A model generated the notes under the pieces. The model ran no database searches and had not been told where the DNA came from. It saw only the letters and a program-made list of their open reading frames with translations. From assembly GCA_041550555.1 (NCBI GenBank), contig JBFEOO010000002.1, positions 1,865 to 65,864 of the forward strand: 64,000 nt of DNA, written 5' to 3'. The DNA is from Arenicellales bacterium. GTDB lineage: Bacteria > Pseudomonadota > Gammaproteobacteria > Arenicellales > JBFEOO01. Below are positions 23,013 to 33,511 of the stretch, piece after piece. Each line of letters begins with the position of its first letter. The first letter of the stretch is position 1. The position numbers and the translations under genes were made by a program.

Positions 23013-24503
23013 CTATCGGCGTCGGCGACGCGCTGACAGCACCACCAGCAACCCGAGCCCGCACAGCAACAGCGCCGGGCCGTGCCCCCAGCGGACGAAC
23101 GGGGTGGTGCCCTGCATCGGCTGCACAGCCGTCACCAAGACGAGCCGCTCGAATTGCGGCGATCGCGCCAGCACATCGCCGCGGTGGTCGACGGCCGCAG
23201 AAATGCCGGAATTCGCCGCGCGCAGCATTGGCCGACCGGTTTCCCGGGCGCGCATACGGCCCATCTGCAACCGCTGGTGGGAGGCCAGCGAATCTCCGAA
23301 CCATGCGTCTTCGCTCACGTTCACGAGCACCGTGGCGCCCGGCAGCGCCGCCGTGACCTCCTCGACGAAGGCATCTTCGTAGCAGATCGACACGCCGATC
23401 AGCTCGCCGGCGAGGCGCATGGGCGACTGGGTGTCCTCCCAGCGGGCAAAATCCGACATCGGGATATGCAGATAGCGCAGCAGCCAGCCGAGCAGCGGCT
23501 TGAGCGGTAGAAACTCGCCGAAGGGGACCAAATGGCGCTTGCGGTACAACTGGCGCTGTTCCCCGACGCCGACCGCGCTGTTGTAGACCTGCTCACCCTC
23601 TGCCCGCGTCTGGCGCTCGAGGATGCCGAACACGAAATCGGCCGGGTGGCGCTCGAGCGTCTCCCAGAACGTCTGCGGCAGGGTGTCCAGGTAAGTCGGT
23701 AGCGATGCCTCCGGCCACACTATGAGGTCGAGGTCGTCGTGCGGCGCACTGAGATCGAGGTAGAGCTGGGTAATCGCGTCCTTGCCGCCAGGGGCCCATT
23801 TCTGCCCGAGCGAGATGTTGGCCTGGACCAGGCCGGCCGTGAGAGGCGCGCCCGCCGGCCGCACCCACTCGAGTCGTGCCAGCGGCACGCCCGCTAGCCA
23901 GGCGGCGCCGAGCGCGCCGATCGCAACCCAGGTCAGCGCATCGCGTCTGCGCCACAGCGCCGCCAGGGCGCCGGCCGTGAAAGCGACGATCACGCTCACG
24001 CCGTAGACGCCGACGACCGGCGCGTAGGCGAGGAGCGGCGACTCGGTCTGACTGTAGCCGAGACTCAACCAGGGAAAGCCCGACAGCGCCCACTCGCGTG
24101 CCCACTCGGCCAGCACCCAGAGCGCAGGGCTCGCGCAGAGCAACCGCAGCGGTGTATCCGGCGCCGTCAGCCTGCCCTGCACATAGCCCGCCAGCGCGGG
24201 GAACAGGCTCATCAAGCCGACGAAGATGATCACCGCAACGACGGCCAACGCCCCCGGCATGTTCCCGTAAGTGTGCAGGCTGACGTATACCCACGACACA
24301 CCCACCCCGAACAGCCCGAAGCCGAACAGGAACCCGCGCCACGCAGAACGCGCCGCGGTGGCCCCAGACCACATCGCAAAGAGCACCGCCACTGCCGCGG
24401 GCGCGATGAGCGCCAGATGAAACGGCGCGAAGGCCAACGGCAACGCGGCCCCGGCCAGGAGAGCGCCAGCGTCACCGAGGCGGGTGCGCGTGAGGGGGGT
24501 CAT
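23013..24503 (-). CDS. lnt: Apolipoprotein N-acyltransferase Lnt
   Basis: A multi-TM N-terminal part is followed by a CN-hydrolase domain (LIVWPE, VSICYED). The start is at MTPLTRTRLGD (24503). lnt-corC-ybeY-ybeZ-miaB synteny is conserved. Confidence 0.9.
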   Translation of the reverse strand: MTPLTRTRLGDAGALLAGAALPLAFAPFHLALIAPAAVAVLFAMWSGATAARSAWRGFLFGFGLFGVGVSWVYVSLHTYGNMPGALAVVAVIIFVGLMSLFPALAGYVQGRLTAPDTPLRLLCASPALWVLAEWAREWALSGFPWLSLGYSQTESPLLAYAPVVGVYGVSVIVAFTAGALAALWRRRDALTWVAIGALGAAWLAGVPLARLEWVRPAGAPLTAGLVQANISLGQKWAPGGKDAITQLYLDLSAPHDDLDLIVWPEASLPTYLDTLPQTFWETLERHPADFVFGILERQTRAEGEQVYNSAVGVGEQRQLYRKRHLVPFGEFLPLKPLLGWLLRYLHIPMSDFARWEDTQSPMRLAGELIGVSICYEDAFVEEVTAALPGATVLVNVSEDAWFGDSLASHQRLQMGRMRARETGRPMLRAANSGISAAVDHRGDVLARSPQFERLVLVTAVQPMQGTTPFVRWGHGPALLLCGLGLLVVLSARRRRR

Positions 24504-24623
24504 GGCAGCGGCCGCGCGGCGGCGCCCGTTCAGTGCACCGATCGCCTGCCCGCCGGGGAGCAGGCGCGGCCCGCCGCCGGGCGATCGCCATAGAGGGCAC
24601 CGACGCCGCGACACACGGCGCCG

Positions 24624-25502
24624 CTACTCACTCGGCGATGAAGAGCCGGTCGATTCCTCGCCGAGCTGTCGGAGTCTCAACAGGTGCACCCGCCGGCTGT
24701 CGGCGTGGAGAACCTCGAACTCGATGCGGTCGATGACCACCCGCTCCCCGCGACGCGGCATGTGACCGAACCTGCTGAGCACCAAGCCGCCGATGGTGTC
24801 GATGCCTTCTGACTCGAAATGGGTGCCAAAACGCTCATTGAAATCTTCGATCTCGAGCAGCGCTTTGACGACGAAGTCGTTCTCGCCGCGCTGCATGACC
24901 ATACCGGCCTCCTCGTCGATGTCGTGCTCGTCCTCGATCTCGCCCACGATCTGCTCGAGCACGTCCTCGATGGTCACCAGACCGGCCACCCCGCCGTACT
25001 CGTCGACCACGATCGCCATGTGGTTACGACTGGCACGAAACTCGGTCAACAGCACGTTGAGGCGCTTGCTCTCGGGAATGAAGACAGCCGGCCGCAGCAT
25101 TTCGCGCAAGTTGAATCGCGAGCGGTCCTCTCCGTGAAAGTATCTGAGCAGGTCCTTCGCCAGCAGGATGCCGATGACCTTGTCTCTGTCCGTATCGACC
25201 ACCGGAAAGCGCGAGTGCGCGGTGTCGATGACCACGGGCAGAATCTCGTCGGGGGAGGCATCGCGCGCTATCACGGCCATCTGCGAGCGTGGAATCATGA
25301 CGTCCCGAACGCGCAGCTCGGAGACCTGGATTACCCGTTCGATCGTGTCGAGCGCATCACGGTCGAGCAGATCCCGCTGCTGGGCGTCGCGCAGAACCTC
25401 GACGAGCTGATCCTGCGTAACCGGCTCGCGCCCGAGCAGCTGGGCGATCTTGTCAACCCACAGCGACCACGTCGTCTGTCGGTTTTCAGCATCCCGCGTC
25501 AT
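24624..25502 (-). CDS. corC: HlyC/CorC family Mg/Co efflux-associated protein (CBS pair + CorC_HlyC)
   Basis: The 292-aa ORF has VRDVMIPRSQM, a CBS pair and a C-terminal transporter-associated domain. Confidence 0.9.
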   Translation of the reverse strand: MTRDAENRQTTWSLWVDKIAQLLGREPVTQDQLVEVLRDAQQRDLLDRDALDTIERVIQVSELRVRDVMIPRSQMAVIARDASPDEILPVVIDTAHSRFPVVDTDRDKVIGILLAKDLLRYFHGEDRSRFNLREMLRPAVFIPESKRLNVLLTEFRASRNHMAIVVDEYGGVAGLVTIEDVLEQIVGEIEDEHDIDEEAGMVMQRGENDFVVKALLEIEDFNERFGTHFESEGIDTIGGLVLSRFGHMPRRGERVVIDRIEFEVLHADSRRVHLLRLRQLGEESTGSSSPSE

Positions 25503-25508
25503 GGTCGA

Positions 25509-25982
25509 TCAGCGAGCCAGTGCCGCCTCACTCCGATAGGGGTCGGGAAGGCCGAGGCGCGCCAGAATGGCGGTCTCGAGCCGCTCCATGGTGCGTGCCT
25601 GAGCCCGCTCGAGGTGATCGTAGCCACACAGGTGCAGCACCCCGTGAACGACCATATGGGCCCAGCGCACCGTGGGCTCGACGGCGAAGCGAGCGGCCTC
25701 CCGGGCAACCACCGGGGCGCACACCACGACGTCCCCCAGAATCTCGGTCTGTACGCCCGGCGGATCCTGAAACGGAAACGACAGCACATTGGTCGCCGCA
25801 TCCTGTCTGCGAAAACGTCGGTTGAGGTCCATCATCTCCTGCTCATCGACCACGCGCACGGTCACCTCGCCGGCCGGCCGGCCGACATGCTCGAGCGCTA
25901 CGCGCACCCATCGTGCGATATCCGCCGCGGACGGATGCTCGGCAGAGACCGTGTGCAGCTGCACCGCGGTATCGATACTCAC
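25509..25982 (-). CDS. ybeY: rRNA maturation endoribonuclease YbeY
   Basis: The HGVLHLCGYDH zinc-binding motif is present. The GTG start overlaps the ybeZ stop as GTGA. Confidence 0.93.
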   Translation of the reverse strand: MSIDTAVQLHTVSAEHPSAADIARWVRVALEHVGRPAGEVTVRVVDEQEMMDLNRRFRRQDAATNVLSFPFQDPPGVQTEILGDVVVCAPVVAREAARFAVEPTVRWAHMVVHGVLHLCGYDHLERAQARTMERLETAILARLGLPDPYRSEAALAR

Positions 25983-26965
25983 TCTCCCTCCCGCTCGGAG
26001 CGACTGTCGGCCTCGTAGGCCTCTACGATCTTCTGCACGAGTGGATGACGCACGACGTCCTGTGGCTTGAAGCGGGTGACACTAATCCCTTGCACTCCGT
26101 CCAGAATCTTGATGGCGTGTGCAAGCCCCGATTTCGATCCGCGTGGGAGGTCGATCTGGGTGATATCGCCGGTAATGACCGCCTTGGAGTCGAAACCGAT
26201 GCGTGTGAGGAACATCTTCATCTGCTCGACGGTGGTGTTTTGCGCCTCGTCGAGAATCACGAAGGAGTCGTTCAGCGTTCTGCCGCGCATGTAGGCAAGC
26301 GGCGCCAGCTCAATCACGCCGCGCTCGAGCAGCTTGCCTACACGATCGAAACCGAACATCTCGTAGAGGGCGTCGTAGAGCGGGCGCAGGTACGGGTCCA
26401 CCTTCTGGCCGATATCGCCGGGCAGAAAACCGAGCCGTTCACCGGCCTCCACCGCCGGTCGCACCAGCACGATGCGCGTCACGCGATCGTCGACGAGTGC
26501 CTGCGCCGCACAGGCCACGGCCAGGTAGGTCTTGCCCGTTCCCGCCGGTCCCACCCCGAAGCTGATGTCGTGCTCGAAGATCTGGCGCAGATACCGGCGC
26601 TGGCGACTGTTCTGGCCGCGGACCACCGCCTTGCGCGTCCGCACGACCCGCTCGTCGCTCTCGTCGGCGCCGGCCGGCTCATCTCGGCCGGCGCCGGCCT
26701 CGGCCACCGCCATGTGTACGCGGCTGGGCGCGAGCGCTTCGGACTCCGCCGTGTCGGCGTAGAGCGTGCGCAGCACGCGTTCCGCTTCCCGGGCGCGCTC
26801 CCCATCGCCGGCGACGCTGAAGACGTTACCGTGGTGACTGATGCGGACGCCGAATGACTCCTCGACGTGCTTGATATTCTCGTTGAGCTGGCCGCACAAC
26901 CCCGCCAGCCGGCGATTGTCCGCGGGCGTAAGAACGAACGTTAGGGGCGGGTCGCTGGAGCTCAA
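25979..26965 (-). CDS. ybeZ: PhoH-like ATPase YbeZ
   Basis: The 328-aa ORF has Walker A GPAGTGKTYLAVA and the FVILDEAQN motif. Confidence 0.93.
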   Translation of the reverse strand: MSSSDPPLTFVLTPADNRRLAGLCGQLNENIKHVEESFGVRISHHGNVFSVAGDGERAREAERVLRTLYADTAESEALAPSRVHMAVAEAGAGRDEPAGADESDERVVRTRKAVVRGQNSRQRRYLRQIFEHDISFGVGPAGTGKTYLAVACAAQALVDDRVTRIVLVRPAVEAGERLGFLPGDIGQKVDPYLRPLYDALYEMFGFDRVGKLLERGVIELAPLAYMRGRTLNDSFVILDEAQNTTVEQMKMFLTRIGFDSKAVITGDITQIDLPRGSKSGLAHAIKILDGVQGISVTRFKPQDVVRHPLVQKIVEAYEADSRSEREGE

Positions 26966-27006
26966 AACTCGGCGGCGTGGGGTGATAGGATCGGACGAGG
27001 CTGCGG

Positions 27007-28362
27007 TCAGACCACCATCGCCCCGGCCTTTGCCCAGCGGCCGAAGGCGCGACCCCGCAGGGAGTTGGGGAGAGCCTCTGTGATGGTGACGTCCACGAAC
27101 TGGCCAATCCAGCTCGCTGGACCGTCGAAGTTCACGACACGATTGTTCTCCGTGCGTCCGGCAAGCTGGACGGCGCTCTTGCGCGACGTCCCGTCGACCA
27201 GCACGGCCTCCCGGCGACCCACCATGGCGGCACTAATCGCCGTGCTCCTCGCCGTGATGCGGGACTGCAGCAATCTGAGCCGGCGGGATTTCTCCGCCGT
27301 CGGAACGTCGTCGGGCAGCGCCGCCGCCGGCGTCCCGGGTCGCGGGCTGTATATGAAGCTGAACGACTGGTCGAAACCGACCTCTTCGATCAGGCGCAGG
27401 GTCGCCTGGAAATCGTCGTCGCTCTCGCCCGGAAACCCGACGATGAAATCCGATGATATGGAGATACCCGGACGCCGCTCGCGCACCCGACTCACGATGT
27501 CGATATAGTCGCGCACCGAGTAACGCCGCTTCATGAGACCCAATATGCGATCGGAGCCGCTCTGCACCGGCAGGTGCAGATGGTCTACCAACTTGGGCAG
27601 CTCGGCGTAGCAGTCGATCAACGCATCGGTGAATTCCACCGGATGCGAGGTCGTGTAGCGAATCCGCTCGATCCCGTCGACTTCGGCCACGTAGTGAAGC
27701 AGCAGCGCGAAATCGACGTCGGTGCCGCCGTGCAGCGGAGCGCGGTAGGCATTTACGTTCTGTCCCAGCAGCGTCACCTCTCGCACGCCCTGCTCGGCCA
27801 GCTCGACAATCTCGGTGATTACGTCGTCGAACGGTCGGCTGTACTCCATGCCGCGGGTGTAGGGCACCACACAGAATGTGCAGTACTTGCTGCAGCCCTC
27901 CATGATGGACACGTAGGCACGAGGTCCGTCGACCCGCGGCGGCGGCAAGTTGTCGAACTTCTCGATTTCGGGGAACGAAACGTCCACCGCCGGCGTGCGC
28001 GTGCGCAGAGCCTGCTCATACAGGGCGGGCAGACGGTGGTATGTTTGGGGACCGAAGACGAGATCCACGTACGGCGCTCGCGCCAGGATGGCTCTGCCTT
28101 CCTGGCTCGCCACGCAGCCGCCGACACCGATCACGAGGGCAGGGTTCGCCCGCTTCCACTGCCGCCAGCGGCCGAGCTCGGAGAACACCTTCTCCTGGGC
28201 CTTGTCGCGGACCGAGCACGTGTTGAGCAGCAGCAGGTCCGCGGTCTCGGGGTTGGTGGTAGCCTCGAAGCCATGGGAGCGCGCGAGCAGCTCCGCCATG
28301 CGGGCGGAGTCGTACTCGTTCATCTGGCAGCCGAACGTCTCGATGTAGACTCGGGGGGACAT
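27007..28362 (-). CDS. miaB: tRNA-2-methylthio-N6-dimethylallyladenosine synthase MiaB
   Basis: The 451-aa ORF starts [10 protein letters not shown], has a radical-SAM CSKYCTFC motif and a C-terminal TRAM domain. Confidence 0.95.
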   Translation of the reverse strand: MSPRVYIETFGCQMNEYDSARMAELLARSHGFEATTNPETADLLLLNTCSVRDKAQEKVFSELGRWRQWKRANPALVIGVGGCVASQEGRAILARAPYVDLVFGPQTYHRLPALYEQALRTRTPAVDVSFPEIEKFDNLPPPRVDGPRAYVSIMEGCSKYCTFCVVPYTRGMEYSRPFDDVITEIVELAEQGVREVTLLGQNVNAYRAPLHGGTDVDFALLLHYVAEVDGIERIRYTTSHPVEFTDALIDCYAELPKLVDHLHLPVQSGSDRILGLMKRRYSVRDYIDIVSRVRERRPGISISSDFIVGFPGESDDDFQATLRLIEEVGFDQSFSFIYSPRPGTPAAALPDDVPTAEKSRRLRLLQSRITARSTAISAAMVGRREAVLVDGTSRKSAVQLAGRTENNRVVNFDGPASWIGQFVDVTITEALPNSLRGRAFGRWAKAGAMVV

Positions 28363-28477
28363 GGACCTCGCTGTTTCGCTGCGAGCGCCTAAGCTACCTA
28401 CATCGGGATGAAATTTCTAGCCCGCGGGACGCCGCGCCGCGGGCGGTGGCGTCGACGATTCGCCCCGGGGAGTTGCT

Positions 28478-29587
28478 CTATTGGCCGGCGGTGGCCTGGA
28501 TTCGCTGCAGCATCTCACGCGAGAGGCGCTGGCTGTCGGCAATCTGACGCGCTGTCATCAACTGCTCGAGCTCGTCGCGCTCGCTACGCGCCGCCGCGTC
28601 GCCCTGAGCGGCGGCGAGGTTATACCACAGGTACGCCTGGACGTAGTCTTTCGGCACCCCGATGCCGCGACCGAACATGCGCGCGACCTTGAGCTGCGCC
28701 TCCACGGATCCCTCTTCGGCGCGCCGCATGTCGGCGGCCCGTGTCGCGATATCGGGCACCTTGAGCGCGCCCGCCGGTGCCGGCGACTGCTCGTGCTCCA
28801 TCACCTTGTACTGAGCCTCGACGAGACCCTGCTCAGCCGCTTTCTTGTACCACTTCAGGGCACTCCCGTAGTCGCGCCCCGTGCCGCGGCCGTCCTCGTA
28901 CATGCGTCCCACCTGAAGCTGGGCTGCGGCGTGGCCGGCCTGGGCGGCCTTCAGGAACCACTCGAAGGCGATCTCGTCGTCCTGCTTGACCGTCTGCTGA
29001 TGGGCAGTGCGCGTTCGCTCGCGGCACTTGGCCGGTGACGGTGAACGCGTGCACAGCACGGACTCCAGGCCCACCTCGTAATAGCGGCCAAGCTCGTACT
29101 GCGCCAGCACGTAGCCCTGTTCAGCGGCCAGCTTGTACCACTCGAATGCCTTCTCGTAGTTCTGCGGGACCTGTACCCCATCGGCGTACAGATTGCCGAT
29201 GGCAAACTGTGCCTCGACGTGCCCCTGCGCGGCCGCCGCCTTGTACCACTTGTAGGCGACCATCGGATTCGACTCCCGCATCGAGGCGACGCGGAACTGC
29301 GCGTCGGCGTGGCCCCCCTCGGCGGCCAGCGTGAACCACCGCAGGGCATCGCCGTCGTTCGCGGGCACGGACTGCCCGCTGGCGTACATCACGCCCAGCA
29401 TGTACTGGGCCTCTGTGACGCCCCGCTTCGCCGCCGTGCGAAATTCGTCGAATGCGACCGCATATTCCTCGCGCCCATACGCCACGAGCCCCTCTTCGAG
29501 GCCCGCGCGTGCGGTGCCCACCAACACTGTTGCCGTCAACAGACTCAGCAGTAATCGCGCCATGGTAGCCCGTAGTCCTGATCGCAT
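28478..29587 (-). CDS. Sel1-like repeat protein, probably exported
   Basis: The sequence has repeated A.AQ..LG.MY..G.GV..D...A..W..KAA..G units (at least 6) and a signal-like N-terminus (MARLLLSLLTATVLVGTARA). The alternative start is at 29563. Confidence 0.8.
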   Translation of the reverse strand: MRSGLRATMARLLLSLLTATVLVGTARAGLEEGLVAYGREEYAVAFDEFRTAAKRGVTEAQYMLGVMYASGQSVPANDGDALRWFTLAAEGGHADAQFRVASMRESNPMVAYKWYKAAAAQGHVEAQFAIGNLYADGVQVPQNYEKAFEWYKLAAEQGYVLAQYELGRYYEVGLESVLCTRSPSPAKCRERTRTAHQQTVKQDDEIAFEWFLKAAQAGHAAAQLQVGRMYEDGRGTGRDYGSALKWYKKAAEQGLVEAQYKVMEHEQSPAPAGALKVPDIATRAADMRRAEEGSVEAQLKVARMFGRGIGVPKDYVQAYLWYNLAAAQGDAAARSERDELEQLMTARQIADSQRLSREMLQRIQATAGQ

Positions 29588-29681
29588 GCTCGGTTGTCCT
29601 CGTCAAAGTATAGACGCCGACCTATGCATTGCGAATGCCGCCGGTCGACCCCCGCGGCCGCGACAGCGAGCCGCGGAGGGT

Positions 29682-30470
29682 TCACGATGTCCGCATCGCG
29701 ACCAGATGGGTGACGGCGAACAGCACGACCGCGGCGACGACGATCGCCGGCCCCGCCGGTGCGTCCCAGGCGAGCGAGGCGAGCAGGCCTGCGCCGACCG
29801 AGGCGCAGCCGCCCAACCCGGCGAACACCGCCATCTGCTCGGGCGTCACGGCCAATTTGCGGGCCGTCGCCGCCGGTATGATGAGCAGCGAAACAATGAG
29901 CAGTACACCCACGATCTGCATCGCGACGGCGATCACCAGGCTGAGCAGCAGCAGAAACGCGACGTCAACGAAGTGGGTGGGCACGCCCTCGACCCGGGCG
30001 ATATCCTCATGCACGGTGCTCGCCAGTAGCGGGCGCCACAACGCGGCCAGGGACCCCAGACAGACGGCACCGCCCGCATAGATCCATATCAGATCGATAG
30101 GCGCCACCGCCAGGATGTCGCCGAACAGGTAGCCGAGCAAATCCACCCGCAGCGACTCCATGGTCGAGATGACGATGAGTCCGAATGCCAGCGTGCCGTG
30201 CGCCAGGATCCCGAGCAGCGTATCGGTGGGCAGCTGACGCTGGCGCTGCAGGGTGAGCAGCAGCAGCGCGACCGCTGGGCTGACGACGAGGATACCCAGC
30301 CGCACGTCGATACCGATGACGAGTCCGACGGCAATCCCCAGCAGAGCGGAATGGGAGAGCGCTGCGCCGAAATAGGCCATTCGGCGCCACACCACGAAGC
30401 AGCCCAGCGGCGCAGCGATCAGGGCCACCCCCACGCCGGCGACCAGAGCGCGCAGCAGAAAGTCATGCAC
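29682..30470 (-). CDS. znuB: Zinc ABC transporter permease ZnuB
   Basis: The 262-aa polytopic ORF is of ABC-3 family type. It overlaps the znuC stop by 8 nt. Confidence 0.88.
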   Translation of the reverse strand: MHDFLLRALVAGVGVALIAAPLGCFVVWRRMAYFGAALSHSALLGIAVGLVIGIDVRLGILVVSPAVALLLLTLQRQRQLPTDTLLGILAHGTLAFGLIVISTMESLRVDLLGYLFGDILAVAPIDLIWIYAGGAVCLGSLAALWRPLLASTVHEDIARVEGVPTHFVDVAFLLLLSLVIAVAMQIVGVLLIVSLLIIPAATARKLAVTPEQMAVFAGLGGCASVGAGLLASLAWDAPAGPAIVVAAVVLFAVTHLVAMRTS

Positions 30471-31338
30471 GGTGGTCGTCTCCCGGCGGCTCGGCGAGCT
30501 TCACCTCCCCGCCGAGATCGTGCCGGTGATCGTGACGGTGGCGGTAGACCGCGAGGCGATCCTGCAGGCCGGTGCCGAACAGCGCCAGATACTCCGGATG
30601 CCGGCTCACCGCATCGGGACGACCAGCGCAGCAAACATGATGGTTGAGACACACGACGCGATCCGTGGCCGCCATGACGAGGTGCAAATCATGGGAGACG
30701 ATCAGCACACCGGGTCGACGCCGATCGCGCAGCGCCTGGATCAGCTCGTAGAGCTCGGCCTGCCCGGTGACGTCGACACCCGCCGCCGGCTCATCGAGCA
30801 CGAGCAAATCCGGCTCACGCAGCATGGCGCGCGCCAGGGCGACACGCCGCGCCTCGCCCCCCGACAGCGTCTGAAACGGCGCATCGGCCAGACTCAGGCA
30901 GCCCACTTCGCGCAGGGCTTGCTCGACGCGCTCCGACTCGACCCCCCCTGCCAACGCCAGGAAGCGCCCTACGTTGAGGGGCAACGTGGGGTCGACGTGA
31001 ACGTGCTGGGGAACATAGCCCAGCCGCAGGCCGGGGCCGCGGACGACGGATCCTGCCGCCGGCGCGAGCAGCCCCAGCACGAGCCGTACCAGCGTGGTCT
31101 TGCCCGATCCGTTGGGTCCTATCAGCGACACGATCTCGCCGCGATGCACCGCCAGATCGACGCTGTCGAGAACGCGCCGGCGCCCGAACTCAACCGTGGC
31201 ACCCTGAACCTCGACCAAGACGTCCGCTGCGCGGTCCGGCGCGGGCTGCTCCAAGACGCGCCCCGCCTCGGGCTCAGCGCGCCGGCGCGGCACGGCGCCG
31301 GCTCCCGCCGCAGCTCGGACACAACCCCTCGAGCTCAA
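30463..31338 (-). CDS. znuC: Zinc ABC transporter ATP-binding protein ZnuC
   Basis: The protein has GPNGSGKTT, LSGGEARRVALARA, LVLDEPAAGVD and a C-terminal His-rich tail (HRHDHRHD). The ATG at 31338 overlaps zur by 64 nt. A TTG at 31254 is an alternative start. Confidence 0.85.
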   Translation of the reverse strand: MSSRGCVRAAAGAGAVPRRRAEPEAGRVLEQPAPDRAADVLVEVQGATVEFGRRRVLDSVDLAVHRGEIVSLIGPNGSGKTTLVRLVLGLLAPAAGSVVRGPGLRLGYVPQHVHVDPTLPLNVGRFLALAGGVESERVEQALREVGCLSLADAPFQTLSGGEARRVALARAMLREPDLLVLDEPAAGVDVTGQAELYELIQALRDRRRPGVLIVSHDLHLVMAATDRVVCLNHHVCCAGRPDAVSRHPEYLALFGTGLQDRLAVYRHRHDHRHDLGGEVKLAEPPGDDHRA

Positions 31339-31789
31339 CCGTCTGGCGCTCCGTGCGGAAGCCTATGGCACCGGCTTTCTGCGCCAATATGCCCGTGATG
31401 TCGGTATCGGCGAGCTCCGCGACGGCCTGGCAACGCTTGCAGATCAGAAACTGGCCGCTGTGATCCGCCTCGGGGACCGTGCAGCCGACGTAGGCGTTGA
31501 GCGACTCGATGCGGTGGACGAGGCCGTTTTCTGACAGAAACGTGAGCGCCCGGTAGACAGTCGGGGGAGCGGCCCGCGCGCCTTCGAGCCGCAGCCGCTC
31601 GAGCAGGTCGTAAGCAAGCACTGGGCCGTGCTGCCCCCAGATCATCTCGAGCACCCGGCGCCGCATCGGCGTCAGCCGGACGTTGCGGGCGGCGCATAAC
31701 CGCGCCGCCTTGTCCAAGGCCTCGAGGACACAGCGCTCGTGATCGTGACCCTGGGTCGGAAAACTGGCGCGCATCAGCGGGCTGGCCAT
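31274..31789 (-). CDS. zur: Fur-family zinc uptake regulator Zur
   Basis: The 171-aa ORF has a winged-helix region (TVYRALTFLSENGLVHR) and CxxC pairs (CKRC, CPSC). It is the first gene of zur-znuCB, divergent from znuA. Confidence 0.88.
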   Translation of the reverse strand: MASPLMRASFPTQGHDHERCVLEALDKAARLCAARNVRLTPMRRRVLEMIWGQHGPVLAYDLLERLRLEGARAAPPTVYRALTFLSENGLVHRIESLNAYVGCTVPEADHSGQFLICKRCQAVAELADTDITGILAQKAGAIGFRTERQTVELEGLCPSCGGSRRRAAPAR

Positions 31790-31821
31790 GAGCGGCGATG
31801 CCTCTTGCTCCGTGGGGTTTC

Positions 31822-31841
31822 TGTTATGTTATAACATTATA
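31822..31841. promoter_or_regulatory. Zur box in the zur-znuCB / znuA divergent promoter region
   Basis: A perfect 12-bp palindrome ATGTTATAACAT (31826-31837) sits inside a 20-bp imperfect palindrome TGTTATGTTA|TAACATTATA (8/10 arm matches). It resembles the proteobacterial Zur consensus (GTTATA..TATAAC core) and lies in the 78-bp intergenic region. Confidence 0.8.
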
Positions 31842-31867
31842 CCACCACACCCGACGACAACCGCCCG

Positions 31868-32836
31868 GTGCTCAGCTCACTCCGCCGCACGCGGCGCATC
31901 GCCGCCGCTCTCGCCGTCAGCGCAGCCGTGCTGCCCGCTGCCGCAGCCGCCGTCTCGCCTCGCGTGGCGGTGACCATAAAGCCTGTTCACTCGCTGGTGG
32001 CGGGGATCATGGGGGACATCGGCGAGCCGGCGCTGCTGCTACATGGTGCGGCGTCACCGCACACGTACACGATGCGGCCGTCGGACTCCCGTCGCCTGGG
32101 CGAGGCAAACCTCGTCATTTGGGTCGGCGAGGCACTGGAGACCTTCTTCGCGCGCACGGCGCGTGTGCTGGCGCAGCGTGTCAACGTCGTCGCGCTCATG
32201 GACGCCGAAGGCCTGAGCCTTTTGGGGGCCCGCCATGCCGGCGCCTTCGCCGTGGCCGGGCCCGACGCGGACGACCATGCCCACGGGCACCGCTATGATC
32301 CGCATTTCTGGCTCGACCCCACCAACGGCCAGGTCATCGTGAAGGTGGTCGCCCGTTCGCTGGCCGAGCAGGACCCCGACAACGCCGGCCGCTACGAGGC
32401 CAACGCCGCCTCCCTGGTGCTGGCGCTCGAGCGCCTCGACGCGGAGCTCGAGCTCCGCACGGCGCCCGTCCGCAGCATTCCCTACGTCGTGCTGCACGAC
32501 GCCTACCAATACTTCGAGCGCCGTTACCGACTCAACGCGGTCGGCGCGCTGAGCGTCGGAACCGATCGCGCCATCGGTGCCCGTCGGGTCACGGAGATTC
32601 GCGCCGCAATTGCGAGCAGCGGGGCCGTGTGCGTGTTCGTCGAGCCGCAGTTCGAGCCGCGCCTGGTGCACACCGCCCTCGCAGGCACCGGCGTCAGCAT
32701 CGGCGTGCTCGATCCGCTCGGCGGCGAGATCCCCGCCGGTCCGTCGGCCTACTTCACACTGCTGCGGCGACTCGCAGACGCGCTCGTCGGCTGTCTGAGC
32801 GACCCGTCGGCCGCCGGCCCGCGGCAGCACGGCTGA
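31868..32836 (+). CDS. znuA: Zinc ABC transporter substrate-binding protein ZnuA
   Basis: The protein has a signal peptide, a PHTYTMRPSD motif, a His/Asp-rich loop (DADDHAHGHRYDPHFWLDP) and a GTG start. Confidence 0.9.
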   Translation: MLSSLRRTRRIAAALAVSAAVLPAAAAAVSPRVAVTIKPVHSLVAGIMGDIGEPALLLHGAASPHTYTMRPSDSRRLGEANLVIWVGEALETFFARTARVLAQRVNVVALMDAEGLSLLGARHAGAFAVAGPDADDHAHGHRYDPHFWLDPTNGQVIVKVVARSLAEQDPDNAGRYEANAASLVLALERLDAELELRTAPVRSIPYVVLHDAYQYFERRYRLNAVGALSVGTDRAIGARRVTEIRAAIASSGAVCVFVEPQFEPRLVHTALAGTGVSIGVLDPLGGEIPAGPSAYFTLLRRLADALVGCLSDPSAAGPRQHG

Positions 32837-32893
32837 CACGTTAGCGGCGCGAGGCTGGATTCCGGCCGCTTCGATGCCCTACCATCGCGGGCT

Positions 32894-33511
32894 ATGAGCG
32901 CGGGGCAACACGACCACGACGCGCCGCTGCCGGAGACGGTGCTGCGGGTGAAGGCGCTCGAGTCGCTGCTCGTCGAGAAGGGGCTCGTCGACCCCGCCGC
33001 GCTCGACGTCTTGATCGATACCTACGAGACGAAGGTGGGGCCGCGCAACGGGGCGCGCGTGGTGGCCCGCGCCTGGGCGGACCCCGCGTACCGACGCCGG
33101 CTGCTGGAAGACGCCAGCGCGGCCATCGCGGATATGGGCTTCTGCGGACGTCAGGGCGAGGACATGGTCGTGGTGGAGAACACGGACCGTGTGCACAACA
33201 TGGTGGTGTGCACGCTGTGCTCGTGCTACCCGTGGCCGGTGCTCGGCCTGCCGCCGGTGTGGTACAAGTCGGCCCCCTACCGGGCGCGCGCCGTCGCCGA
33301 TCCGCGCGGCGTGCTCGCCGAGTTCGGCGTCACCCTCGGCGACGACGTGGAGATACGGGTCTGGGACAGCACTGCCGAGGTCCGCTACCTGGTGCTGCCT
33401 CAGCGCCCGGCCGACACGGACGGCTGGAGCGAGGAACGACTCGCCGAGCTCGTCACGCGCGACTCGATGATCGGCGTCGGTCTGCCGGCGCGGCCCCCGC
33501 AGGCAGCGTGA
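32894..33511 (+). CDS. nthA: Nitrile hydratase alpha subunit, cobalt type
   Basis: The 205-aa ORF carries the metal-binding motif [10 protein letters not shown] at 33209-33226. Thr in C-T-L-C-S-C marks the Co type. Flanking NHase-alpha sequence is present ([19 protein letters not shown]). Confidence 0.92.
   Translation: MSAGQHDHDAPLPETVLRVKALESLLVEKGLVDPAALDVLIDTYETKVGPRNGARVVARAWADPAYRRRLLEDASAAIADMGFCGRQGEDMVVVENTDRVHNMVVCTLCSCYPWPVLGLPPVWYKSAPYRARAVADPRGVLAEFGVTLGDDVEIRVWDSTAEVRYLVLPQRPADTDGWSEERLAELVTRDSMIGVGLPARPPQAA

Noticed and set aside
25031-25045. TGGCACG-N4-TCGG, a sigma-54 -24-like element (a similar one occurs near 38408)
   Set aside because: The -12 element does not match TTGC. 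The sites lie inside coding sequence (corC antisense and ileS) with no downstream gene start.
29171-29191. Inverted repeat CTGTAC-N9-GTACAG, resembling a LexA box
   Set aside because: The spacing is wrong for CTGT-N8-ACAG, and the site lies in the middle of the Sel1-repeat coding sequence.
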